In this document: piece after piece, positions 47,701 through 60,500 of the stretch
How positions within the stretch are numbered: the first letter of the stretch is position 1
How the letters are laid out: each line of letters begins with the position of its first letter
NCBI GenBank assembly: GCA_037447605.1
Contig: CM074806.1
Location: 2,790,001 to 2,854,000, forward strand
DNA length: 64,000 nt
Direction of reading: 5' to 3'
Origin: Zygnema circumcarinatum SAG 698-1b
Taxonomy: Eukaryota > Plantae > Zygnematophyceae
Notes under the pieces: generated by a model
Database searches by the model: none
What the model saw: only the letters and a program-made list of their open reading frames with translations
Told to the model about the DNA's origin: nothing
Translations under genes and position numbers: made by a program

Positions 47701-50685
47701 CCGTTTGCTACCTTCCATGCACATAGTCATTTTAGGGCTCGCTTCAGTTTCCAGTTTTTCTTATTGAGCAAAATAGGGGGTGGTGTGGGAGAACAGTGCA
47801 AAAGGGAAGGCTTTTTGGAGCAGATCAAGGCACAGGATGGCGAAGGCTGCAATGTGTACGGCTTCCTAGAGGTATATCGCCCTGCACCTTATCAGTGTTC
47901 CGCAATAAGAGAAGAGTCCCCATATGCTCTCATTTTTTGGCACTATCAATCAAGCTGGCTGAAGCACTCGATCCCCTTACAGCAATTATTGAAGCAAATG
48001 CGGCGCTGGGATAACTGGATTTCTTTTTCTGAATATAAAGGCTTCAAGTGAGTTAGCAGTTGCTTAACTGGTGAACCTGACATGATGCCCCTTGTGTTCA
48101 CATCAAGGGTTGCTCATGTTCTGAGCTCCCAGTTTCAGCTTAAACCCAGTTATGATCGAAAAGCGATCGAGGTTTGGCGTGCCGGCAGTTGACCTGCGAG
48201 CTTCTGCCGTTTTTTTGGAGTCTGTTTTTGTGCAGAAGTAGGCTCCGGCGGTTGCCAGAAAAATGAAAAGATAAGAAAACATGTACGGCTGAAAGGCACA
48301 ACGTCTTACTGTTTGTCATTGTCCCAGCGGCCGTGCAGGTCAATAAGGTTGCAGGAAACTTCCATTTTGCACCGGGGAAAAGTTTTCAGCAAGCACATAT
48401 GCATGTGCACGACCTGATGCCTTTTCAGGACCAAAACTTCAACGTGTGTTTCATTACCTCGTTTTCTCTCACTACTGTCATTTGCTATGGTTTTTCTGAG
48501 ATTCTCTGCAAGGATGAGAGTTTCGTGAAGTTGTTAACCATCTAGTATAATTAGGTGTAAACTCTTACGGAGGCATTTTGGCTGGGCAAGGAGATATGGT
48601 TTATTGCAGTTTGCTTAGAGTAATTATATTGGCAGCATGTGAAATTTACAGCTGTTTGCAGGGATGCAGCAAACTTGCACAATAACCACGTCTAAATGGT
48701 TTTCACAATGCACTTTGTTTGACCTCTGTCGGAGATGCAGGTTAGTCACACTATCAATGAGCTCAGCTTTGGAGCGAAGTATCCCGGCATCGTCAATCCT
48801 TTGGACGGGTCTGTTGTTGCTCGTAAATCCTTGTTCCTTTGTTCAAAAAGCTTTCTGGTGTTTCGTAAACTTCGACCATAACTGGTTCTACTTTATTTTT
48901 CTTTTCAAAAGCTTTCTTTTATGATTTCAGTCAACGTCAGGACTGGTCATAAAGCAACCCGCCATAGGGATAAGCAATCAGTCTGACGACTATTGATTGC
49001 CGGCAGGAAAGTTAAGGATGAAGTCTTCCGTAATATACATAATGTCGAGGATACAGGGTTGTTTCGAATCATTTGCGAGGCTTTGTGTCGCTATTTATAT
49101 AGCATCTTATGCTGTGTTTCAGGGTGAATCACTCTGCTTCTTGCAGTACTCATTTCTTTTTGGTGCCTGTGCTGTGCAGAGTGAATTGGACTCAGAAGGA
49201 CAATGCCGGCATGTATCAGTACTTCACCAAGGTGAGTGCAAAGCCCACCTGCCTATTCAACTTTGGGAAGGGAAAGGACAAACACTATTCTTGGTTGATA
49301 AGGTGCCTGCAACCAGGTTCAATTCAGGATAGGGCATGTCTTGCTCAAGGAGTCTGTCTTTTGTTGGGATACACTTGGTAACCATCAAAAGTACCTCCCA
49401 ATTTTGTGTCCTGTTGTCCTCTTTAGGTCTCTACTTGCATAAGGCGGCTTCTTGCAGCTCACTCTGTTGGGCGGTTTTTTGCGGCTGTTGTTATGTTAGG
49501 TGGTTCCCACAATCTACACTGACATCAGAGGTCACGTGATATCGACCAATCAGGTGAGCTAGTGGATCGTGTTCGCCAAGAGCTTTTAGGTGACTTGAGC
49601 CTAAGCGTAGCTTTCCGCTCATATCTTTTTCCTTTTGTCCTTAGGTCCTTTGTGACCAGTTCCTCGAGGTTTCACATGATGATTTTGACCATGTACATTT
49701 GATGTCATCGCCATCGTGAGATCAATGCCGCATCTCTCCTTTCTTGAAGTAAGACAGAATAATACTGTGAACAAGATTGTTGGGTTCCGTAAGAAAAAAA
49801 AAAGAGTTTTAAGGTTACGAGCCTGAATGCGTAAGACCCCATAGTTCTAGATTACAATTAGTATCAGCATTAGTATTAGTATTAGCTTGCAGAACCATTG
49901 GTGTTATGTAGTCCGTGAATTTTGGAATCTTTTATTGGTCTATCTCCTTTGTTTGATTGGATGTTCTTCCTACTTTATTCTGTTTGCAACTCACCTATCG
50001 AGTTTTGTACCCATATGACATCCTAACAACGGGATCATAATTAGGTCGCGACAGTCTTGTTCTTATTGCACACTTAGCGGCAGGTTGCAATTGAAGTACA
50101 TTTACAAATACTGCACAATGTCACTGCCACTGCATTTATCCTCGGTCACATACTATATTTCCCCTTCTCGAGTTAAGGTGTATTTTTTACTTTTAGTTTG
50201 TTGCCTTTTCCGTTCCAACTTTCTTCTTCTGAGAAATCCGGAATGTCTGCGTCGTGTTTCGTGCAGTTCTCAGTGACAGAGCACTTCAGGGCGACAGATG
50301 CTGCAACAGGAAGGAGCCTTCCCGGGGTCTTCTTTTTTTACGATCTCTCTCCAATCAAGGTAAAAGTATCATCACTATGCTCGGCAATCTATGCATCGAC
50401 AGTCAAAATAAAGCGGAAAAGCAGAAATGTCATTTTCCTGGTTGCAAGTAAAACCCGTTAAGACAGATATACCTTGAATCAAATCGAAGACTTTCGTCTG
50501 ATCTGACATACACCTTCACCATGCAGGTGAAGTTTTTGGAGCAGCGCACTTCCTTCCTCCACTTCCTGACAAATGTGTGCGCCATTATTGGAGGGGTTTT
50601 TACCGTCACCGGAATCATAGATGCATTCATCTACCATGGGCACAAGGCTATCAAGAAGAAGATAGAGCTTGGAAAGCTCAGCTAG
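44781..50685 (+). CDS. ERGIC3: ERGIC3/Erv46-type ER-Golgi cycling membrane protein; 13 exons
   Basis: MDYLNKLKLLDAYPKINEDFYSRTLSGG; DAMDISGEQHLDV; the Cys-rich insert YCGSCYGAE|...CCNTCEEVREAY; VNKVAGNFHFAPGKSF; PGVFFFYDLSPIK; FLHFLTNVCAIIGGVFTV; C-terminal KKKIELGKLS*. Confidence 0.93.
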
Positions 50686-52104
50686 AAAAGATTCAGCCTC
50701 ATGGCCATTATTCGGAAGATAGCTGGAGTCCAAAGTCCACACGTGTCATTGGACTTCGTTGTTCTTTTAGGAGCAAATCATGAAAGGCTGAATGATTTTT
50801 CCTTTCCTTCCGAATCAGGTTCGCCTTTTTGTCAGTAGGGGTGCAGGCGGGGAAAAGTGCCACGATTGAGGAAGCCACATGGAAGGCCCGCCTATCCCAT
50901 CCCTGTTAGAGAGCTCGGGCCTAAGCTGCAGCAACACGGATCCAACCACCTTGTATAAAAATCGAAGAGGAATTTTCGCAAATCTGGATAAGCATGTATA
51001 CCTCGTTTTGCTTATGACTTACCTTATGTCAACGTGCTGTCGTCTGGCCTCTGGTTTAAGATTGATTGGGTATTATTCGTTTTGCATGCCTACCTCCTCC
51101 CTCTTGATCCCCTTTATTTGCTCTTCCGACCTCGAATTCAATCTCCACTCCCCTTTTATCTTCTCCGGTCCTCAGATCCTCTCCTAATCAACGTCTATTT
51201 CCTTATAACTGGTTGCTCTGGTCTCCTCTTGTTTCCCTATCTCCATTGCACTCCGCTCGCCTCTCTGCCACTACTCTCAGGAGAAAGGTCGGTCGCTGCA
51301 CAGGTTACACGCTATACACACAGCAAATGAAACGCGGGACACACTTTGCACGCAATGTACACACCACAAATTGGGGTGTTCAAAGGCTTATAAAGAACTT
51401 GCTTTCATTCGTTCTGTTCACTATACAAGCCCGCGTCAGGTGCTTCTCTGGCACCATAAGACAGAGACTTGTCAAGAGCTGTGATTGAGAACTGCCGAGT
51501 GCCTGAAATGCTTATTCACTAATTTGCTTAACTGCTTTTATCCGTCACCAATGGTATCAGTCCTCCAAATTGGTCAGTTTTATCATTTCTATGAAATAAT
51601 GTGGAGGCCATTCTTCTGCTCCCAACTCGAGGTTCAACCCTTATTAAGCAAAAACAGATGTTTTTCAAGAAAACAGCCAGACCCTCTGACGTCTTCTATC
51701 AAATGAAAGTACTTTCGCCGACAATGCCTTGGCCTTGAGTACCAAGTTTGAGTTTACAAAACTGGTCGACCATGCGGCAGAACTGCATCCACTCAGCTGG
51801 GATCCTAAAGGAGTGGGCTGAACTGCATGAATACAAGCGAACAAGAAACGGAAACCAGAGTACTATGGAGATTGGACAGCATACTTGCCCAAAAATGATG
51901 GTAAGCATCACCAGGCACTGCATGGGACCAGGTCATCCCGGCAGGACTCGCTGAAAAGGGCCAGGGAGGAACGAGCTGGGAAAACAAAAAATGCCCAAAT
52001 TTGCCTGCAGTTTTGAAAGCGGGAACGGAGCTCTGCTCACAATACTAAAAGTAAAAATGAAGTACAAGTATGGCACATAAATGACAGACGACCGTAAGGT
52101 TCAA

Positions 52105-55100
52105 TCAGAAGCTGAGCAGTTTCACTGTCCGGATGTCGGGAAACTTGTCCCGAATTGCGGCTTGAATGCCCATCCCCACCGGTGGAGGCCCCTCGTACTT
52201 GAGAGCGCAGGTCGCTCGTAAAGGGTCCACCTCGACCACCTCCACTCGCCCCTTGAAGTTGCGGATTGCCGGCCGAAGTGTGTCCAAAAGACCCTCCACT
52301 CCCTGCAAGTGCATGTTTCAGCCCTTTAGTCCCCTAGACATGTGGCAAAGAGAAGGAGCCATCATGCAAGGAGCCCCTTTTGACCCCTTTGTAATTTGCT
52401 CGTTAAGGAGTAAGTGGGCACTCCTCACCTCTATTGTTGCTCCCAGCTGCTGCTTGTCTACCTGCATCACCTCTTTCAGCAATGACCCAAACTTATTCTG
52501 TAGAGACCGCTCTATTCCCATCTTCATGGTTGAAGTCGAGCTTGGGCAAGTTCCACAGGCCCCTGCAGAGTAGAGACAAACTCAAACCCGTGTGAGGAGA
52601 AGGATATAAGACAGCGCAGACACGCGCTTTGCAGCTTCAGCAAAGATTTGCACAACACACCAATTCCTATCCAAATGTGCAGGGCTAGAAATGTAAGAAC
52701 TACTTTTACAGATGTGAGATCATATCTCTTGCAGGGGTTCCATTCCTTGACAGGATACAAAACTGCCCGCGACAAGATTATTACTGTTTCCCCAAAAAAA
52801 GTGTTGCAGATATTGCAATAAAGCTGCAGTCTGCGCTGGGAAGGGGATACCAGATAGTGAACAACTTACAAACCCTAATTCCAAACAGCTGGCTATGTTG
52901 CAGAGAAGCAAACACAAAAGGGACAGACCCCACTACAAGAGATACAGCACGTCCTAACCTGCTGGCTAAATGGTTTGCCATTTTCCCGTGACATCCTGAA
53001 CCATTTTTTAACCACTTGAAAAAGCAAACAACAAATCCAGTACTGCTCACCCTGCAGCCGAAGCAGTACCACTCCGTCTTCCACTCCTACCACCTCCACA
53101 TTGCCACCATCTGCAATGAGGTACGGCCGAACCTCATCGAGGGCCCTATCCACTGTGCTCACAGTGAGCTCCAACAGCTCTTCCTCGGCTGCTTCAGCGC
53201 CGGGTGGTGCCCCTAGCGATGGGCCCCCCGGGCGGGCAAAGGGGCTCACTATCTGGCCTGATGGGCCGGCCGAGCTGTCGGCAGCTTGAAGGGGATTTTC
53301 TCCTCTCACTGTCTGCGGATTCTCCATAGATTCTTTGGTCTGTCCATCAATAACTGCGCTCCAATTGTCTCCCTCTGTTGCCTGCAGCATACCCCGGAAT
53401 CGAGAATCATACGATGCACTGCTGGGTGTCAGAAGCATCTCAGGAAAAGACGCAGCTTCATATGCAAAAGGGGTCATTACTCGCAGTCCACTGCCCTCTC
53501 CCCCAACTCTTAACAAAGGGGATGGTTTCCACCTGCAATAGCCGGAGTCGTCGAGTTCTGCTGTCTTCGCTTTCGCCCTCAACATCATCGTACAGGTTTT
53601 CCCCCATGGCTTTCCTCATTTTCAGCTTCTTTTCCTCATATTCCGACCTCTCCGCTTCACTCATAGCGGCTGTGCCCGGCCCGTTGGGACCCTCCCAGAG
53701 ATGCCTGCCATGCTCCACCTCATGCTGCGCTCCTTCAGATGGTCTCTTCCGTCAATTTTACATATCACAACTTGAGTCTCGATAGGCAGGCTGATTTCTT
53801 TATACTATAATACTATGGGACCGTCTCCATCAATTCAGTGAACCCACATCATAGCTCCCAACACTGGAATTGCTATGTAAGAATTGAAGGGTTTGTTGGG
53901 GTGAAGTAATTACAATTCCGGCCCATTGCCAGGTGGCAGTGTGGTGGCCTCTTGAATCCACTTCTGCCTCTCCTCCTCCAGTCGAGTGCGGGAGACGAGT
54001 GCTGAATCAGTGTACATTCTCACCTTCACTCCAGCACATAACCGAGAGCCTCTCGCTGTTCGATGGCCCTGGAAGAAAGGGCAGGAAGCAAAAAAAAACA
54101 TCACAAGGTGAGGGAGCCTCTTTCGGAAAGACTGCGCAAAAAACTTCCTTATATGTTCACAACTTCTGGCATCATAGACTGTTTGGAGGACAACATGAGG
54201 ACTCAAACAGTCTCAATATGTCAAATACCGGATTACAAATTACGGGATTGCCAAAAGTAACAGTGGCCATGCCTTTATAAACTGACGAAACAGTCAAGGT
54301 AACATTAGGCTTCGTGAATTTTCGACACAGCAATGAAACAGCTGCTTTGCATAAGCCCAGAATTTCCACATCCGCTATTTCAATGAGCTTCCATTTCCCT
54401 CCCTGTTCCGCCACACATGCGCGTTTCCAGAAACACTGCCACTCGCGCTCGTCAGCAGGACACGTGGTCCAATCGCAGGCCGCCACGCTGACCTTAAGAG
54501 AGAGCACCACACTCCGAGAGTAGCCCGCGTACTGAAGCACTCCCTCTGCGTCATACACTGCATACACGCCTGCAAATCTCTTTGCATCTCTGTCGGCCAC
54601 ATATCTATCAAACGGAACAATAGTCGTTCCATCATCCTCCCCCGCTCTCAACGAATAGCCGTTGGTTTCCTCGTCGTGGACGTCTGCCAGAGCAATGACA
54701 CATCCCATCAGTTAGGGCTGAGAAGTAATCAAAATTGTTTACTTATGACTTATTTATGGACTTGGTTTAGATTTAGGAGGGCCTTGAACAGAGTGTTGAC
54801 TGAGCCTGCAGCCTGTCCCATAATCAACGTTTGGCGTCAGCATGCTGCATTGGCCGCATGCTCAGGCTGGGCAGGGCATCTACTCAGATCCCTCTCCCTT
54901 TCACTACTCTCTCTCTCCTTCCCCGACGTCTTTATCTTTATTTCTCTACTTCTCCCTTCTCTGATTCCCCCGTCTTTGCAAGTCTCATCTCCTATCTCCC
55001 TATCCCAAATTCCCCTTCCTCTCTAATCCGCTCCACATTTCACTCTATCCTCTGGCGCTCTCTCCCTCTCTCCTTCTCTCATGCCCCAACCCCGGCGCAG

Positions 55101-56295
55101 ACGTGGGGCAAGCAGGGCTGCTGCCAAACCTTCATCGTGAAGAATGCAGCATGAAAGTGTGAAGAGCTGCTACATCTTGCTACTACTGCTGCTGCAGCAA
55201 GTATCTACAAAGACTTACTAACCAGTGAAGTAAGAAGTGGGATAGAATCGAACTTCGAATCTGTCTAGTATGCAATTTACATATTGAAAAGTATGTAAAA
55301 TGTCCATACTTATGCCTTCAATCAACAAGTCATCGAAGCAGTGAAGTCTGAGTTGATCAGAAAACTTTCCATTCGGCTTGTAAGAGAAATTGCTAATAGC
55401 AGAAAACGTCAGAGGAGAGGACAAAAATAGAGCATGTGAGGGCGAGACTCGAAGCTACATTCTTAAGAAATGAACGATAGTTTCAACTTGAACCATATGC
55501 CTGACTAAGTAAGGAATCCCCCCTCCTTCAGTGGAAGAAAAAATCACAAAAAGCGTAGATTTTCCTGACGTCACATTAGCATGTAGCTTCTATGTACCAC
55601 ATCTCCCTTTGTGAACTTTAAGCCCTCGCGCTCGGTGAAACAAGCTACCTTCGGTAGCGCGGCGCTAACAATGACACGAAGGAACCAAAAGCAAGACTTC
55701 AATAGACGTGCGCTGAGCTTCCTGCAGTGAATACCTGGTAAGAACCATGTAGACATATTCACGAGCCTCATCTTGAAAGCATTCTTCCCTGTCTGTCTGT
55801 TCATCTGACAAGGAGGCAAATTTTTGTAGCGAAATCATTTCCACATGCAACCCCCATTCCAAGCCCTTCCCCTCCTCATGATGGGTGCTTACCCGCTCCA
55901 CTATCTCCGTACAGAAAGCCGTGCAGGCCCATGTGGCCCTCCGGAACAGTTGCATCTGTCATCACCCCCCCCAATGTCGGCAAGCTCCTCGCCCTCTCCC
56001 TCTCCCTCTGCACTTCCACCGCCAACTCGCCCGTCTCCCCTCCAGCAATGGCGCATGCCACAGCCTTCTTTCGCCCGTGCGAAGAGCCGACCTTTGAGTC
56101 TTTCGGGCTTTCAGAGACTCTCCCTCCAGGTAGGAGAGCACGCGAGGACAGAAGGGAGCCTGCGGAGGAGCCTTGTTGAGGAAAAAGACAGACATGTCGT
56201 ACTCCCTGGGGAGACACATGGCATTGCGTTGCGGGTCCCAGAGGAAGGCAGAAGGCCGCCTGCGAGGGCGCGCGGGCGGAGAGGAGGCACGCCAT
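52105..56295 (-). CDS. NFU1: Plastid NFU1-type Fe-S cluster carrier fused to an N-terminal GIY-YIG-like domain; exons 56295-55893, 54683-54493, 54068-53914, 53704-53533, 53381-53051, 52562-52429, 52302-52105
   Basis: Transit-like N-terminus, then GVYAVYD...LQYAGYSR, then LDEVRPYLIADGGNVEV...LRLQ|GACGTCPSS (CxxC NFU domain), then a second degenerate NFU domain without CxxC. All six introns are GT-AG and phase-compatible. Confidence 0.85.
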
Positions 56296-57289
56296 GGCGG
56301 CGGAGGAGGCGGCGGCGCTCGCTCGCAGCGCCTGCAGTAGGTCTTAAAGCCTTGCCGCTAGGGGCACTCCGACACATGCTGCGCAGTTCAGTAAAAACGT
56401 GACCTGCACATGGAACTTTACCATAGACAAGGAGCCTCCCGTTCCGGGCAGCCTTCAACATATCGATTTTATGCCGATATCTATACGATATCAAGCGATA
56501 TGTGACAAGGTAGCCGATACGCGCAATCTATCCGCATCCGGTTCCTGCCCCTCCTGCTGCCACGTCGCATGCAATCCCTTCCCACGGCCAATCAGGTGCT
56601 CGAGATGGATGACGTGGCGCCCTCTGCTTCCAGGCGAGATCCTCTCCGGGTTGCGTGGCCCAGACTTGGAAACATTTTCCGTAGCGCTGTCCGGAATTTC
56701 CATCGGTTTTAAAAAAGCTAGCCTCGAAATCCCTGCGGGAAGGAAGGGGACCCGACAGGAGGAAGTCAAAACTCCGTCAAGGCAGAAGCGATATAGCAGT
56801 TCCGCCACACCAGCGCGGGGTAGTAAGAATGATGGACACACAACCATACTCATTTTAAAATACCATTTATTTCATGATTGACCAATCTCTCATCACGCGG
56901 TTTCTTGCCTCGTCAGCACTGAACTCCGCTGCTGTCCGTACGATGCCTCCAAGAAAGCAGGACAACCGCACCTGAACCGGACAAAAGCATACCCCAAAAC
57001 GACAAATATGTAAGGGACAAAACAACCTGTCCAATCGGATGGCGTCAGCATCGCCACGTGCCGTCCACGGCCCGTCCAAGTCGCAGTCTCCCTCGCTCGC
57101 GCCAAACCCTCCGTACTTGCCGTACTGCTTTCATACGGCACCGTACCGGCTCGGCCGCCCTTTGGGCTTCGTCCCTCTCCTCCGTACGGCAGCGCGTGCG
57201 GTGCCGTACAGGGCGCGGCCCTGGAGAGGGTCCGATGGCGGGCGGGTGACGGCGGGAGAGAGGTGGACGGCCGCGGGCACCAAGGGGCG

Positions 57290-57510
57290 GGGAGGGAGAG
57301 GGGAGGGATAGGCGGGGGAGAGGGGAGGGAGAGGGGAGGGAGAGGGGAGGGAGAGGGGGGAAGGGAAGGGGAGTCNNNNNNNNNNAGGGGAGGGAGAGGG
57401 GAGGGAGAGGGGGGAAGGGAAGGGGAGTCGGGAGGGAGAGAGGGAGGGAGAGAGGGAGGGAGAGGAGGGAGGGGAGGGAGAGGGGGGGGAGGGGAGGGAG
57501 AGGGTGGGCG
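57290..57510 (+). repeat. Polypurine low-complexity tract containing a 10-N assembly gap (57376-57385)
   Basis: GGGA/GA repeats. The sequence on either side of the gap is nearly duplicated (...ggggaagggaaggggagtc). Confidence 0.9.
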
Positions 57511-57519
57511 GGTGGGAGG

Positions 57520-60500
57520 ATGCGAGCGCAGGCCCACGGGCGGTGGCGGGGCGGGGCGCTGGCAGCGGCCGTGCTGCGGCTGCTCGTCGGGGCGGTAGCC
57601 GCTGGTGAGCGCCGACTCCTCACTCCGGAGCCAGCACTCTGACGCGCTGCTCCAAAGTCGCGGGATGTCGTCGAGGGCTGAGGGCTTCCAGGGCTGAGAA
57701 AATGAGCATTGTGGCACTGGGAAGGAAGGCACGGAGTGCGGAACGTGCTCACTGGCGTCCCTGTGGGCTGTGGGATGCGTTCCGCGCTGCCTGCGTCCGA
57801 TTAGAGCAGGCCGTTTGGGATGTGCCGCGTGGCAAGGGAGCATGGCGCACCGCGTGTGCCTTTCCCTGCCATATTCTCACCATGGCACATGCCCAGCCAA
57901 GCCAGTGGTATTCGAGGAGTGCGCTGTTCAGGCTTTAAAGCTGTTCCATTACCCCGTGATGGCTTTGGCTTGCTTCAACCTCAATATCTACCAAACATAG
58001 TCAGATGCAACCATTACTAGAAAGCCATCACTTGTACAGGCCAAGAAAGTGGACATCCTCCTTTTCCGTTGCTCGTCACCCATACCTTCCACGCACAATA
58101 CTTCAAAAAGTAACACTGTTCGTAAGAATTTTCTTAATCAGAATTCATCTATCTATAATCATTATTCCTCCATACTGATCACACTTCTGACCTTTTGGAC
58201 TCCACCTAGGTCAAATTGCAAAGCATCATCTACACATTCAAAGCAGTGCCGACAAAGACTTCCAAACCACCTTCCGCTCGCCAACCCTAAGCATGCAAAT
58301 TTCAATCTCCCAGCAAACAAAGCGACCTGCACCTCTTCCCTTCTCCACCCTTCAGTTGAACTGACCAACTGAACCGCGGATTCCAGAGCTGAAACACAAC
58401 AACTTTACATTGTTCAAATGTTGATATCTGCATTGCGCAGAGTGGAATTTCAACAGCTTTGATCCCAGTCCCGACCTCCTTCTTGGCAAAGCCACATATA
58501 CCGATGGCCTCCTCCAGCTGACCAACGCGTGGGACAGTCAGCCTCAACTGCAGACGAGCGCAGCACTGCTGAGCAGCCCTGTCGAGCTCATCAAGGACCA
58601 GGGCACCGCCTGCACTGCCGCTTCTTTCACATCTGCCTTCTCCTTCCAGTTTGCAGATGCCTACGGATTCCAAGATTGGGGTTCAGGCATAACCTTTGCG
58701 ATAATCGGGTCAAATGCCAATCCCACTATGTTGACGGATGGCACAGCAGGTCGCCTCGGATACTTTTACTCCGGAACGAACCGGCCTGGCAGCCTGGCTG
58801 TTGAGTTCGATGTGCATCAAGATCTGGAGTATGGCGACCCGGACAGGAACCATGTCGGACTCGACATGGCGTTCTCGACCCGTTCCCTCATCACTGCTCC
58901 TGCTGACCCTATCGTTCTGGCGGACGGCTCCGTTGTGTATGTGTGGATTGAGTACGAGGGCGGCTCAGAGCTTACTTTGAGCGTGTACGTGAGTGCGAGC
59001 AGCATGCGTCCCTCCGAGCCCCTTCTGAAAGCAGTGGTTGACATGTGCGCCGTTCTGCGGCCCGCCGGCTGCACGACCTGCTCTAATGTGACATCAGCGT
59101 ATGTCGGGTTCACAGCAAGCACTGGAGACGGTGAAGAGTATGAGACGCAGAATATCCTGAGCTGGAACTTTCTTGTGAAGCCCATTCCAACAGGTGGCCT
59201 CATTTTACCAAGGGCTCAAAGTTGTGCTCTCTATACTTCTCTCTCTGCCTTCTCCCTCTTTCTCTCCTTCTCCTCTGCTTCCTCTACCTCCCCCTCTGTT
59301 CCTCTCTTCCATTCTTCTCCTTCTTTCCGGCTTTTTCTCTCCCTCCTTTGCCCTTTTTCTCTCTCCGACCCTCCTCCTTTGGCCCCCTCCCCTCCCCCCT
59401 ATCCTCTCGCCCCAAGCCTCCTCGATCTTCTCTCTGCATTCCTTTCCCTCCCCTTCCCACCCCTCACCGCTCCCCCACCCCCCTCCTCCATCCTTTCCCT
59501 ACACCCCTTCTTTCCCGATGTTTTCTCACTCGCTCTTCCTTTTGGCTCATCCTTTTTTTTCCTTTTTCCTTTTTTCCTTTTTTTTTCCTTTTTCCTTTTT
59601 TTTCTCCTTTTGCTTCCCATAGTGGCATAAGAATTGTGCTCGAGGTTATGGACCGCCCGTGTGGTCCTATTCAATGAGTGTGCTAGAAAAAACTCACTTT
59701 CGCCTTACTCCTTAGTGAGTCTTCAGGTAGACTTTATGGGCCTATGACGAGGTGGTAAGACACGCTTTCCAAAAGCAGGAACACAGGTTCAAGAGGTTAT
59801 AGTCACTTAATGGGCCAGCAAGTGAACCGTTCTGTTATTATAGAAATCTGTACATCCTGAAGCAATGAACGGATAAAAGACCTTCATGGCTTCTTTGTTT
59901 AACTCCGCCATGCGTTTCTCCGTTCTCGTGCCATGTGGCCTGCAGACTAAACTGATGTTCTCTTACATTTCCTCAATTGTTTCCTGCCAACTGTGAACGT
60001 GGATGTGCAGTGTGGATGTTCGATAGTTTCAATCCTGAACCAGATGTGCTGTTGGGTAGAGCGGTGTACCGCCCAACCTCACCTCCAACCTTGCAACTTA
60101 CCGACTCGATCGAGAACTTCCAAACAGCACAAGCGCTATATCAACAACCTGTCCTTCTGCTGCAGAACAATGGGCCGAAATGCTTTCCCTTATCATTCAC
60201 CTCCACCTTCTCGTTCCAATTTGTAGACGGATATGGCTTCTCAGACTGGGGATCCGGAATGACCTTCATTGTGGTTGCATCTAATGCCAACTTAAGCATG
60301 TTGGACGGGGGTTCGGGAGGACGCATCGGTTACTTCTACCTGTCACAATCAGAGCGGCCGGGATCAATGGCAGTCGAGTTTGATGTGCATCAAGATGCAG
60401 AATTCATTGACCCAGACAGCAACCACGTGGGCCTAAATGTCGCTTTCTCCCCAAGGTCCAACGTCACTGCTTCTGCTGATCCAATCCAACTTGCAGACTC

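Noticed and set aside
1-50685. Apparent cluster of secretory-pathway genes (SLY1, SPP-like, GT61s, Erv41/46)
   Set aside because: They are interspersed with unrelated genes (FAN1, Nup50, dehydrogenases). Beyond the Erv pair there is no evidence against chance.
52893-53588. ORF 'MMLRAKAK...' as a stand-alone NFU1 with its own transit peptide
   Set aside because: Its first ~70 codons are the upstream exon in another frame plus an intron. The spliced fusion model explains all segments.
57340-57430. Duplicated sequence on both sides of the gap as a real tandem repeat
   Set aside because: More likely overlapping contig ends joined with placeholder Ns.
56893-57843. Long Pro-rich minus-strand ORFs
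   Set aside because: They are artefacts of the polypurine tract and N gap.
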